DNA of 64,000 nt from Vicugna vicugna (taxonomy: Eukaryota), in the NCBI GenBank assembly GCA_013265495.1, contig MU058289.1:62001-126000 (forward strand), written 5' to 3'. The notes beneath the pieces were generated by a model, which saw only the letters and a program-made list of their open reading frames with translations, was not told the origin of the DNA and searched no databases. Shown here in pieces: positions 51,311 to 64,000 of this stretch; position 1 is the stretch's first letter, and each line of letters starts with the position of its first letter. A program made the position numbers and the translations under genes.

Positions 51311-52289
51311 TTCCAGTCTCTAAAGAGGGCCCCTGACACAGTAAGAGTTCGCTGGCCACAGCCTGGTTTCTGAGGATAGATGTTCCCAAGGTCGGGTGGT
51401 GGGCTGGGTGGGGAATGCAGCTAAGAGGGACATTGGCGACTGAAGCCACCTTTGAAGCCCTTTCGCTTGCTCTCTGGTTCCAACCTCCAACCTGTGAGCA
51501 CCCAGTACTTCTTCAGGACTCCTCGGATGAAGTTAAATCTGGCTCCCACAAGCAGTCTGTCTGTCTAGCCCTTAGCCTCGTTCTAGGAAGCTGACTCAGC
51601 TTGAGTTTGAATCCTGGTTCTGCCCCTTAATAACTTGGGATCCCTAAACAGTGACTTGAGCAATGGTTTTTGAATCTGTACAATGCGAACAAGGGTTCCC
51701 ATGGCCCACTTTCTAGGCCCCTACCAGAATTAAATGATAAACACTTAGTCAATCGTAGGTATTATCCTCTGGGTCTGTACCTGTGCAGTTTCCTCTGCCT
51801 GGATCCCACCCTGAGGTTCCTCAGGCGGTTGACTCTTGCTCATCCTTAGAAAATACTGATTAAAACAACAACAACGACTGCCAAGCACTCCCTTAAGTAC
51901 TTTATATATATTAGCTCAAGTGTCCTCAAAACAGTCCTATGGGATGTATGCTATATATTATCTCTATATTACAAATAAGTAAACTGACTGAGTAAACTAC
52001 CTAGTTTGTATTCTTAAGCACTCCTCAATGCTGAGTCTTCCATAATATAATAGCTCAAATAACAAGATCACAACAGTCAAAACCCCAATCACAGCTGTGC
52101 TTCCTGAAGGCTCGCTGCGCCCACTACGCAAGCCTTGTCTATAAGGCAGAAACTAACAGGAGAGAAAATGGAGGCTCTGAAGGCAGAGGTCACAGAGGGT
52201 GGCAGGACCAGGTCTGTACGTGGGCTTGGCTAATGCCAAAACTTTTGGTGATGACTAATCTGGATTCCCTTCTCACCACACCCTTCCCT

Positions 52290-53790
52290 GCCAGACTGTT
52301 AACTTCCTTCTCTGCCCTCTCTGGGGCTCACTAGCTGCATGTGCTGTGCCCTCTACCTGGAACACTCCTTCTGCCTTTATTTTTTTGGCCTGGTTTTGTA
52401 GTCTCTCTACCTCTGGATGTCAGCTCAGGAGTCAGCTCTTCTGGGAACCCCTCCCATTCTGAACCTGAGATTAGGTGAAGCTTGCAGTTACAGTCTTGTG
52501 AATTTCTCAAAGCACTCACTGCCAATTACAATCATACTGTCATTCAGGTCTGTCTCCCTGAACTCTTAACTCTGGCCAGCTCCAAATCCTAGCCTTGGTT
52601 CTCCTCTCTAGCCCACACCGGCCACAGTGGATCTCCCCACATGCATGGCTTAAATTCTACCTCGAGGCTATCAACACCACAGTTTCTATCTTCAGCCCAG
52701 ATATTTTCTCTCTCCAGGTTCCTACATTCTCCATCCTGCTCACTATCTCCATGGGGATCTGAGAGATGTCTCAAGCTTGACACATCCTAAACTGAGCTCC
52801 TGACCTTCCTCCCCAACCTGCTGTCTCCTCACCTTCCCCATCTATGTTAATCGCACCTCTGTCCTTCTAGTGACTGACACCAAATACCCTAGGTTTGTCC
52901 TTGACGTCTCTTTCAGACCCACTCCAGCCTGTCAACAAACCTTGGTGACTCTACCCACAGAATCTCAATGCTCTCCACCTCCCCCACCCTCAACCTGGTC
53001 CCTCACCTTTCCTGAACCATTAGAAGAGCCTCTTCCCTGATCTCTGCTCCTGTGCCTGCCCTGGAAGTCTTTTCCTCAAATGCAGCCAGGGGGAGCCTGT
53101 GAGCACCTGGGTCAGATCAAGAGCATCCTGGCTGAGATTATATATAGCATCCATCCCATAGGACTGTTATGAGGATATTTGAAGACGTACGTAAAGTACT
53201 TAAGGGGGTGCTTGGCTGAGCTCCCCTCTCCTTTGCCTGCACCTGCCCTCAGATGAGACAAAGTCCTCACCATGGTCACCAAGTCCCTAGTGATCTGTCC
53301 TGTCACCTCCCTGCCCTCATCTCCTCCTCCTTAGGAAAGTTAAGTGGCAGCGTGACCTGGATTTTTCTCAGTTGAACACAGACAAGACACAGATAAGGAG
53401 GCCCTGCAAACCCAGTGACATCCAAAGAGCCCCTCTCTGGGCATACTTGTCGCCAACACTCCATTACAAAAGCCTCTCTAGACCCTCCTTAGTGCCTCAC
53501 CTCTTAATGCCTCAAGTCTACACACCTGGTGATCTCAGGAGGGGCCTCTCATGTCTCCACTTTGGCCCCCACGCTCCCCATTCCACCTGACACTGCTCTT
53601 AACCATTTATCACCTGCTAACATACTGTAGAGTTCACTTATTTATTCAGTTTCTTGTCTGTCTCCCCCTTGGAATGTGAGTTCCTTGAGGGCAGGGATTT
53701 CTGTCTGTCTTGTTCACTGCTCTGTACCCAGTTCCTAGAGCAGTGCCTGGCACATACTAGGTACTCAAATATTTGTTGAACGAAGGAAAT
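52290..53790 (+). mobile_element. L2 LINE fragments
   Basis: L2 3' end ccttgagggcagggattt...gtgcctggcacatactaggtactcaaatatttgttgaa. Confidence 0.65.
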
Positions 53791-54637
53791 GTTTTGTGTG
53801 GATTTTCTCATTGAATTTCCAGCATCATCAGTGAGATAGTAGAGCAAGCATTACTAAAATCTTCCACCATCTTCCAGATTCCTTTGAACTCAGACCGGGT
53901 TATGTGACTTGCTTTGGTCAATAAAATGTGAATGAAAGTGTTGGGTGTGTCACTTCTGAGTAGTAGCGTTTGAAAGCCAGTGTAGGACGCTCTATGTGCT
54001 AATTCCCTGCCTAGGCAACCCTGGAAGCTATGCAGGCACAGAGATGCCACATGAAGGATGCCAGCTGGATCAATGAACCATGGCATGGAGGACATCTGCC
54101 ACTTCTGTGAGCAAGAAATAAATTTTGAGGTGTTAGTCCACTAGGGCTAGAGCTCATTTGTTACATCAGCATAACCTAGCCTGTTCTGACTGATGCAGAT
54201 AGAAGTTTTTACAATGCCACCAGATTACCAGAGAGATGGGATTGCTTGTCCAAAATCACACTGCTAGTAAGTGCCAAAATCAAGATTTGAACCCAGGAGA
54301 TGGACTTTGCAACACATGCTTTAAATCCTCACAATTTGTTGCCGCAATGATGTTAATGTTACAACGCCACCAATTAATAAACTCAAAATAGTCATTACTA
54401 CCCTAGCTAATGCCTCCCGAGGGTTTGATGGAGTAACTGCATTACAGGCGTGTCCTGCAAGGCCTCTCACAACCCTGGGAGAAAGGAACTAACATGAAAG
54501 GAAGTGGAGATTCAGGGGGTGGAGTCATTTGCCTGAAGGGATGGCAGAACCGGGTATAAACCCAAGCATGATTGATGCCAAATAGTCCTGTGATGACTAA
54601 CCCAGTTTACTGTATCTTCACTGCCTTCCCTCCACTG

Positions 54638-57152
54638 GTATATTAGTCAGGGTTCTCCAGAGAAACAGAACCATAGGCTATATGGAGAGACAGAGAAAGA
54701 AAGAGATTTACTTTAAGGAAATGGCTCTTATGACTATGGAGGCTGGGAAGTCACATGATCTGCCACCTGCAAGCTGGAGGCCAGGAAAGCCAATGGTTTA
54801 CGTTCAGGTACAAGTCTGAAGGCCGGAGAACCAGGGGAGCCAGTGGTGTAAGATCCAGTCTGAGCACAGAAGACTGATTCCCATCTCAGTAGTCAGGCAC
54901 CGCGTGAATTATTCCTTCTGAAACTGAGCAGAACCCAGAAGGGACAGACCCCTCCCCCAACCCCCGTGTCCCTTGCCTCTTGTTTGTAGAAAAGCTTTAG
55001 CCTCCTTTGTCTTCCCTGGGTTCCAAAGAGCAAACTTAATCAGAGAAGCGAGAACACGCAGAAACAAAGGAAAACATTCAAGCAAGACAGAATAGTAACA
55101 GTTTAGCCATAAAACAAAGTCAGGGACCTTTAGTTCCTCCTCAAGGGCTACAGATAATATCCTTGAGTTGTTTTGCAGATACCAAAACCCTCATCAGGCA
55201 GAAGAAAATAACTGCATCAGGCAGAAGACAACCATGTGCAGGGAGCCCCCAGACTGGCGGGAGCCTGAGAATTGATAACGCTGACCCCTGTGACCTCATG
55301 TGTTACCTCGCTACCCATCAATAAGAGAATTGTGCATGAGTCGATCACCTACCCTGCAACCCTCTCCCTCACTGTTGTCTTTTGTTTTTCATTTTTCAGT
55401 TGTATTAGGTAGAACTGTTACAATTTGACTGCACATACACAATATATGGCATGTAAATACATATACACAATATACTGCACATTTTTAAAAAATATACATA
55501 TATGTACTGTTCATTGTTTCTAAGAACGTTTAGAGCTTTAGCTTTTTAAACTTACACAGTTATCAAAGAAATAAAGCCAACAAAAAAATAAGAATTAATT
55601 TAAAAAGATACATACACCCTGCTATTAACAGCCACATTATTTATAACTGCCAAGATATGAAAGCATCCTAAGTGCACATCAATAGATGAATGGATAAAGA
55701 AGATGCAGCATATATATGTAATGGAATATAACTCACCCATAAGAAAGATATTTTGCCATTTGCAGCCCTTCGTTCACTTTCTTTTTTCCACTTCAAAAAC
55801 CAGAATTTTGTAACTGATATAAACATTTCCATTGCATCAAAAATAACAACAACAAAAGAACAAAAATACCTAGAAATAAACTTAACTAAGGAGGTTACTT
55901 ATACTCTGAAAACTGTAAAACACTGATGAAGGAAACTGAAGATGATACAAAAAAATTGGAAAGGTATCTTGTGCTCTTGGATTGGAAAAACCAACATTAT
56001 CAAAATGGCTGTATTACCCAAAGCAATCCACAGATCCAACGCAACCCCTGTCAAAGTACTCACAATATTTCTCACAGAACTAAAACAAACAATTTCAAAA
56101 TTTATATGGAACCATAAAAGACCCCAAACTGCTAAAGCAATTTTTTGTAGGTCTTTTTGTTTCTTTCTTCTTTTTATTCTTTTTTCTTATGGCCTGATGA
56201 CTATAAAAGTTCCTTTAACATTTGTTATAAAGCTGGCTTCGTGGTACTAAATTCTTTTAGCTTTTGTTCGTCTGTGAAACTTCTGATTTCTCCAGCATGT
56301 AGGCCTGGCCCAGGTTCCTATGAAATCACTGCCCTGACTTTGTACTTGGTGAGCCCAAGATTCTGGGTATGTTTCCCAAGAAAGTGAAGTCTCTGTATCC
56401 CCCAGGCCATGGGGGTCCTGGAGCTAGGCCCCAGTGGCCTTCAAAACCAGATGTCCTGGGGTCTCCTCCTTCCCCCAATACCAGAACCCTGGGCCGAGGA
56501 GCCTGACATGGAGCTTAGAGCTCTCACTCCTGTGGGAGGGCCTCTGTGACTTGATTATTCTTCAGCTTGTGGGTCTCCCACCCCGGGGGGGTATGGGGCC
56601 CAGTCATATAGTGAGCACGCCCCTCCTACCATCTTGCTGTGGTTCCCTCTTTATGTTTCCAGGTGAAGAAGGTCTTCTTTGCTAGGTTCCAGTCTTTTTT
56701 TTCAATGGTTGTCTAGTAGTCAGTTGTGGTTTCATTGTAGCCTCGCGAAGAGGTGAGCTTGTGGCCCTACCACTCTGCCATCTTGGCCTCACTTTGTCTT
56801 TACAAACACTTCCTTGAAGGAGTTCAGGTCCGTGACCTGCCTGTTCTTTCCTGGCCCTACAATAAACCCTGTATTTTCATTCACCACAACTCCATGTCCA
56901 TAGATTAGCTTTGCTGTGCTTAGGACCAAGTTTGGTTCAATAACAATCCTTCAGTCTTTTTATTCAGGCCCTCCAAGGACTGGGTGACATCTCCCAGGCT
57001 GGGGAGGGCAATCTGCTTTGCTCAGTCTACCAATTCCAATGCTAATCTCATCCAGAAACATCCCCACAGACACACCCAGAAATAATATTTAGCCAAACAA
57101 ATATCTGGGCAGCCTATATCTCAATGAAGTTGACACACAAAATTAACTCAAC
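54638..57152. mobile_element. MLT2-type LTR containing an ERV1-class LTR (~54919-56945), which in turn contains an L1 chimera (~55381-56787)
   Basis: tattagtcagggttctccagagaaacagaacc and aagttgacacacaaaattaac ends; inner TGAAAC...TAACA LTR; L1 ORF2 peptide IGKTNIIKMAVLPKAIHR. Confidence 0.7.
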
Positions 57153-57359
57153 AGAGGGGACTCTGAGGACCTACAGGTGGGCAAAGCTCAAGAAGGAAGG
57201 AACTTGAGTCTCTGAAAGACTCTGTGGAGCTGAATGACCCCACTGACTTGACTATGGTGTGAATTAAAAAATAGATTTATTAAGCTACTGAGTTTTGGGG
57301 GGTTTTCAGTTAACAGCAGCTAGCATTATTTACTTTAGGTAATACACTCCATAAGGAAA

Positions 57360-59330
57360 GGGCTCTGTGGGAAGACTGATTGCAAAAATAGCCCTATTTT
57401 CCACCCCTCCATGTATACTTGCCTTGTACAATCTGATTTTGCAGCTTCTCACATCAAGGGGTGGAGTCTATTTCCCAACCCCTTGAAGCCAGATTGGCTT
57501 TGTCATTAACCAGTGGAACACCTAGATGTACCTCTGTAGTACCTAGAAAGATGCCCAGCGCATGACTGGATCTCAGTAAGTATCTGTTGAATGTATGAGT
57601 GGAAGGATGGGTGAATGAATACAATATTCCAGGCCCTGCACTGGAATTGTGATTGTTTATCTTGTAAAAAACATGTGATCCCTTCTTCTGCAAAGCCCAC
57701 AGGTAGCCAGAAAACATTCCCTTAATCCTGCCTCAGTTAGATTTTGCCCCTAACAAACTATGCCAAAATTAGTAGCTTAAAGCAACAATGATTTTTATTA
57801 TTCTTCATGATTCTGTGGCTCAGGAATTTAAACAGGCACAGCTTGGTCTCTGAGGTATCTAAGCAACACTGAAGACAGGAGCAGGGAGCTATCCAGTTGG
57901 CAACCAATGTGTTCGGCAAGAAAGGGTCTGAGCTGGAAACAGGGCTGGGAATCACATGTAGCTGGTGATTAGTCACAAGAATGAAGGGAAGGGTGATGTA
58001 GCTTTGTGGTAGAGTGCTGTGCTTAGCATGTGGGAGGTCCTGAGTTCAATCCCCAGTAACTCCATTTAAAAGACTAGGGGGAGGGATTAGGTTCATTTAT
58101 TTATTATTATTATTATTTTTTAATGGAGGTACTGAGAATTGAACCCAGAATTGAACCCAGGACCTCGTGCATGCTAAGCAGGAACTCTACTGCTGAGCTA
58201 TACCCTCCCCTGCCAAAATGCTTTTTAATAAACAAATAAACTTAATTATCTCTCACTGACAAAAAAAAACTTACAAAAACAGTCACAAGAATAGATCAGA
58301 GGACAATGTGCAGAATGAGGACAGAGAAGGACTCAAGTTAATACTTTAAAGAATGTTCTTTACAGCAATGTGGAACTGTTTTAAAAATGACCACCAGGGC
58401 TTTGATGTTCCTTGCGTCAAGAATCTGGATCCGCAGTCTCCTCTTAAATCTGGGTGGGTTTGTAATCACTTTCTTCAACAGGCAGCAGCAGAAGTGATAC
58501 CATGTGACTTCCGAGGCTGGGGCGGAAAAGGCTACGTGGCTTTTGGCTAGTTCTCCTAGAACACGTGCTTTGGAGAAAGCCAGATATCACTAAAAATTCC
58601 GGCCACCCTGGGACTACCACGATGGAAAGAACATGTGAGGTGCTCTACTTACAGTCCCTGCTGAGCTGCCAGCCAACAGCCAATGTCACTGCCAGCTAAG
58701 CTGCTGAGTCACTTTAGACATCCAGCCTGGTCAAGCCTTGAGATGACTCCTGCCCCAGCCAACTTCTGACTCAAACACAGGAGAGATTCCAGGCCAAGCC
58801 CGTCCCAAATTCCTGATGTACAAAAACAGGAAATCAGGGAAAATAAGCTGGCTGTTTTAACTTGCTGAGGTTGAGATAAAATTTAATGCAGTTATAGATA
58901 ACTGGAACACAAGTTGTGAGGTAGCTATTGCTGCTAACAAATTAAATCCAAAATCTAATCTCTTGAAACAATATTTATTATCCCACAATATTCTATGGGC
59001 CGGGATCTCAGGAGTTCCCACTAGTACTGGCCGCCTCCTCCTGCCCTCTTCACAGGGCCTCAGTCAGTTTCCTGCTGAATCTTGCCTGGGCTCAGTTTCT
59101 CATCTATAGAGTTGCTCTGGTTTTGTCATCACATGGACAGCGGGCTTCTCTCAAAGCAAGTGGGCCAAGAGAGAGAGCAGGATGAAGATACAATGTCTTT
59201 TATGACTTGGTCTTAGAAGCCCCTCTTACTTCTGCCAAGTTCTATTCCTTAGAAGCAAGGCACAAAGTCCAGGCTACACTCAAAAACGGGGCTCTTAAAG
59301 AGAGAAGTGTCAAAGAATTTGTGGACGTAT
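57360..59330. mobile_element. Cluster of MaLR (MLT1) LTR fragments
   Basis: gcagaagtgat...tgtgacttccgaggct and ttttaacttgctgagg...gttatagataactggaaca motifs. Similar LTRs at 34420-34860, 53830-54195 and 63330-63725. Confidence 0.55.
57983..58280. mobile_element. Nested pair of Vic-1-type SINEs (outer +, inner - at ~58076-58210)
   Basis: Outer TSD agtcacaagaat at 57971 and 58281; the inner copy is in the opposite orientation. Confidence 0.8.
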
Positions 59331-60229
59331 TTTAAAAATTTATTTATCTGTTTATGTTCTCTTTTTTAAATCGAAATATAATTGACATACAGTATTATGT
59401 TAGTTTCAGGTGTGCCGTGGACATACTTTAAAAGCACCAGAACAGGGGTTACAAATTCAATCTCTAACTCTAATCCTAAAGCAGCCAGGCATGCCATGTA
59501 AATCAGTGAGCAGGGCCCGGTGTACAATAACAGGTCATGGGGGGAAACTCCGGCGCAAGGTGGGATCTGCCTGAATCTGACTCAGTTTTTGGATCTCCCA
59601 GTTTGTAGAACATATGGGGAAAGAGGAATGTATTAAAGGTCAGCACAACGTACAACCAGCCGAACCAAACTCTGGGAAATCCCACAGGAAAACTGAGAGG
59701 GAGAACTGTTGTAGAATAAAAGACCCAGAGTAACAGCAACCAAATGCGGGCATGTACACTATGTAGCTTTTGATCTGAACAAACCAACAGTAAGAAAAAC
59801 ATTTTATGAAACAGTCGAAGACCTTAATACCGATTATATATCAGATAATCCCAAAGAATTGTTGCAATTTTTGTTAGGTGTGAAGACCTCCTATAATTTA
59901 GATATACATACAGACACAGAAACTTTTCTGGAAAAGATGATACGTTGCTTGAGATCCGCTTTAAAATAATGGCGTGGGGTGTGCAGTGGAGAAATAGGGG
60001 GAAGGCCAGAAAAATTGAACACAACTGACCATATGTTGACAATTACTGAAGCTGGGTGACAGATAAGAGGGGAAAGGGGATTTTTTTTTTTTTTTTACCT
60101 TTAAGATGAGAGCACCCTGACCCAGCTTGAGAGTTGACCGGGAGCCCGGGAGAGTGGCAGGTTGAGATGCAGAAAACCGGAGGGAGGCAAGACAGGCCAG
60201 CCGCCTATGGGTCAGTAAGAGAGGTCGTC

Positions 60230-60620
60230 TCTGTTCTTCCAATGCAGCCAGAAAGTCAGCTCTGGCGCCCCCTCCAGGGCGTCGGTTCTTACTCTTATTA
60301 AACCAAAGCGGGTCCCGCAGGCCGTTAGCGCCTGCGCAACCCCGCCCTCCCCATGGGAGCGAAATCCCCCCCACGCTACATTTCCCCGCGCCGCAGGGAG
60401 GGAGCGAGACCTCCGCTTCTAAACTTGAAATGGGTGAGTACAGTCCGCGCTCTGGGCTGGGAGACACCGCCCAACGCCAGTGAGACTACGCGCCCCAGAA
60501 CGAGCCGCGCGCGGTGCGCAGAGCAGCGCGCTGCTGCCCCCACGTGGCGGCCCAGCGGTTATTGCCCCCGTCTGGGGCCCTGCGGAGGCTGGGGGCGCTC
60601 AGGCTGCGGGGACTTCGGGA
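60230..60620. promoter_or_regulatory. Orphan CpG island with promoter-like motifs
   Basis: Dense CpGs, CCCGCCC box, GCTACATTTCCCC (60375) and GACTACGCGCCCCAG (60484) resembling ZNF143/ACTACA motifs, and a GTGAGT donor at 60434. Confidence 0.6.
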
Positions 60621-62663
60621 AGAGTGGCCCCAAATTTGAGCCAGGAAAGATGGGATGGTGAGGGGAAAACGGTGAAGAAATCGAGGATAGGACCGCTGTG
60701 AGGATTAAATGAAGCCAGCATAGAAACTGACTGTATATAGGCGTTTTTATCCCTACAGCTAATACAGCATTTACCTGCGTGCCTGGCTCTGAATTTAAAT
60801 GCTTTACATGCATTATCTCATTTAATGCTCACAACAGTCATTTGGGGGAGGTACTGTTATCCGCCCCAATTTACAGAAATGAAGCTGAAACCCAGAGAAA
60901 AGGAACACAAATAATTCAGTGTCCCAGCTGGTGAGTGACAGGACTGGGGTTTGAACCTAGGCCGCCTGGCTTTAAGGTCTGTGCTTTAAGGTTACACCAC
61001 CTCTTGACCAACTGAATTATTCCAAGTTTGTAACTGGTACACGAATGAACGCAAGTGGGCCATTAGCTCGTTGAGTTAGCAGTTTAGCCCAGCTACAGGA
61101 CAACAGTTCCCTGTATTCAGCCTAAATTTGTTTTTAGCGCTGGGATCAGGTTTCTGATCAGCATGAATCACCGAAGGGACTACTTCAGGCCCCGCCCCCT
61201 TTTGTTCGCATCTCCTGTTCAGTCCCGTCCATCCCATCCTTTCCCTCATACCAGCACCACTTAGTGGATTCAGTGGTTGTGTTCTCCCTTTCCCTACTGC
61301 CAGCAACCTCATTCATAGTATCACAGTCCAGAAAAAAAGGAAATACTTGGTAATCCTGTTTGTCTGCCTTCAACTCCCAAGCCAGTACTGTGTTCAATTC
61401 ATGAGTGTGTTCCCAGCATCAAGCCTGACATGCAGTGTGGGTAGGGAAGGCTCGAAAATTGAGAGGAAAGAGTGTTGGACATTCACTGTCTTCCATTTGC
61501 ACTGACCTGAGGATTAAGGAGGGTGGTATATGTGGCAGGTCAGCCATGGGCAGTTGTGCCAGGAACAGGACGATTTGATGGGTCTGGTGGACCCGACAGC
61601 CCCTTCCTGCTGCTTCCCCTGAGGTTATGGATCTGGTGACTCGGTACAGGGTGGTCAGTGTTGAAGCCGCCAAAATCCGTGGTCCCTTTTCATTGTAGTG
61701 GCTGGGACGAAGTTGCTCAGCCCAGGAGTATGTTCCAAAGCCCCCTCTGCATCTAGGGTAGCTGCAAGACTGACAGATTCTCACCGATACAAGCAGAAGT
61801 GAAACGTGTAGATCAGGTTTTTAAAGAAAATGGTGAAACTTCCCGACGCTGCCTTCTCCTGTTTGCCAGCTGGAAGCAGATAATTCCGAGCACACGGAAA
61901 GGATGGAGCCCCAAGATGGAGTCTGAGTGTGCAAATCATGGACATTGTTGCCTATCAACCAGAGCCTCTGCATCAAACTGTAGTGGGTATTTGTTACAAC
62001 AGCTGGTATTACCTTAACACATTGACCACCGTCCCCCTTTCCCTTCTGGGCCCTTTGATATTTAAACTTATGTACCAGGTCATCCTATAGTTTCCAATCT
62101 GTAATTGTGGTTGACTTGCACATAGCAAGTGGCGGTTTCCTATTTAGAAATTACCAGCATGGTCCCTTCCATTGCCATCAAAAACTTCAGTGTTTCCCCA
62201 TGTTGTGACGGGGAGAGCTTCTTCCATGCTGACAGCTGGACAGCATTCCAGCACACCCTGCCAGTTTGTGTTTAGATCCCCCACTGCAGTTTGGCAGATC
62301 CTCATACACAGTGATGCTGTGACCCTTGCTTGGAGCTCAAAGGTATGATCTAGGGTGACCAGTGTGTCTCGGAGAGCACGTGATCATCTTCCTGCCCCTT
62401 TCCTTTGGCCTCATCACATGAAGGTGCACACGGGGCCTAATCTTAAAGTGATCCTCAGGTCCTCAACTCTGATCCGTTAGCTGAGCTCATTCTGCTGAAC
62501 TTTGGCTGATCTTAGGTTGGTAGGTGCTGGGTGAGAATGTGGGGATATCTCCGCTGACGCTCTTCTTTCTGACAACTCTGTCCCATGGAAGGACCTAAGC
62601 CTTGGGATCCTTTCATAACGTAACCAGTTTTGTTTTGTTTTGTAGATTGACAGCTTCATTGAT

Positions 62664-62683
62664 TTGTGTGTGTGTGTGTGTGT
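62664..62683. repeat. (TG)n microsatellite
   Basis: About 9-10 TG units directly visible, followed by a TG-rich tract. Confidence 0.8.
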
Positions 62684-63884
62684 AGGTGTGTATCTAGTCC
62701 TGGTAGGTGTTTGATGTGAATCTGTGTGTTAGTGTGGCTCCCCTGTGTGTGAGGGAGAGACTCTTTGTGCACATGTGACCTCTAGCGTCTGTGTTTTGGA
62801 TGTGTCTCTAGTGTCTGAGCGTGAGTCCAGTGTGCGGATGTTCTGTATACCTGAGTGTGTCCATGTACATTACGCTGGGCATCAGATATGTACACATCAG
62901 GCTGCATGTGGATGTGAGCAGCTTCCTCAAGGATCCCTTCCGCTCTCAGGCATTTCAACCTCACGCTGCTTCCTGTGGTTGCTCCCATCACTGCCAGCTC
63001 CTCCAGAAGTTATAATTAAGTAACTGCAAAAATCAGGTAGAATCCCACAGATAGTCACTCCATCAGGAATCCCTTCAAGTTGCTAATGAGGGGGTACTGC
63101 ACATGCAGACACGTATGTGGTGGATCAGGCTCCCTAGAACGCACGGGCCGCATGCGCACACATCACATACCTGAGAGCACAGGGCTCTCTGCCCAGCTCT
63201 GCAGTGTCTGAGGGACCTCATGCTACTTCTAAAAGACCTCAGCTTTCTGTCTTCTTTCAAGTATTAAGTGAACGGTCAGGTCCCCCATACACAGGGACAG
63301 TGGTAGAACCACCTGCTGACCCCTCGATATCCCTTTCCCTCAGCTTCTGTAGTACAGGAACTTCTGAGAGGTGTCTAGGCAATGGCCACCCAGAATACAA
63401 ACTACATTTCCCAGCCCTCTTTGTGACCACAAGTGGTCACGTGACAGAACACTGCCCAGTGAAATAGGAACAAGCTTTGAGTTGTTGGTACAGATTCCTT
63501 AAAAGCAAGGGGTCTCCCCTCTCCCTCCTCTCTTCCTGGCGCCTGGAGTAGAGGGTGGGAGTCAGGAGCTGGAGATCCGTGGAGATGGAGGCTGGCCTCT
63601 GACACGGAGGGGTCACCATATTAGCTCTTGGTGATTACATGAGAAAGAAAGAAACTTCAATCTTGTTTAAGCCACTATTATTTTGGGCTTCTTTATCGTA
63701 ACTGCACAACATTACATTAACTGATAAAGGACAAAGGAGAGCCTCACGGGCCTCCAGCTACCAGCTAAGGGATAAAGCCTCACCCTGCCCAACCTTGATT
63801 TCGCCCAGCCTCCTAGCTCACCTTCACCTACCCAGCTGTCCCCCAGCCCCTCCTATAATCATCAAGTCCTCCAAACACCTCCCA

Positions 63885-64000
63885 GGTTTCTGGCAGATTT
63901 AATACACAGGTCTCAAAAGTCAATGGCAACGGTGATGAGAATAAAATAAAAACAGGGTCAGGGGAGAGGGCCGTGGGCACACATACGGAAGGGCAGTGAG
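63885..64000 (-). other. TBCB: 3'UTR end of TBCB with ATTAAA poly(A) signal (63903-63898); CDS lies outside the window
   Basis: Minus strand reads ...gtgtgcccacggccct...ttgccattgacttttgagacc...ATTAAA, resembling the human TBCB 3'UTR as I recall it; TBCB is the expected syntenic neighbour of CAPNS1. Confidence 0.65.

Noticed and set aside
61419..61784. 121-aa minus-strand ORF in apparently unique sequence
   Set aside because: Non-ATG start, and no recognisable domain or splice structure in any frame I tried.

Overview
Mammalian genomic DNA, very likely camelid (alpaca/camel): it carries at least eight copies of a tRNA-Ala(AGC)-derived Vic-1-type SINE. Gene order matches my recollection of human 19q13.12 in reverse orientation. 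ZNF565 (+) has 4 coding exons and encodes 500 aa with KRAB A+B and 12 C2H2 fingers. It is followed by a processed FTL pseudogene, a repeat-rich interval with nested ERVL/ERV1/MaLR/hAT elements, COX7A1 (+; 4 exons, 80 aa), CAPNS1 (-; 10 coding exons plus a non-coding first exon), an orphan CpG island, and the 3'UTR end of TBCB (-) at the right edge. Exon boundaries were read and phase-checked by hand. Gene and repeat-subfamily names come from remembered sequences, not database searches. I found no convincing previously undescribed biological system. The most notable anomaly is CAPNS1 exon 2, which lacks most of the Gly-rich domain and is frameshifted (probably an assembly error). Other points of interest are a U12-type intron in CAPNS1, an orphan promoter/first-exon-like CpG island, a scrambled L1 chimera carrying unidentified sequence, a young ERV LTR+PBS(Arg) nested in an old ERVL, and a locally GC-enriched old L1.
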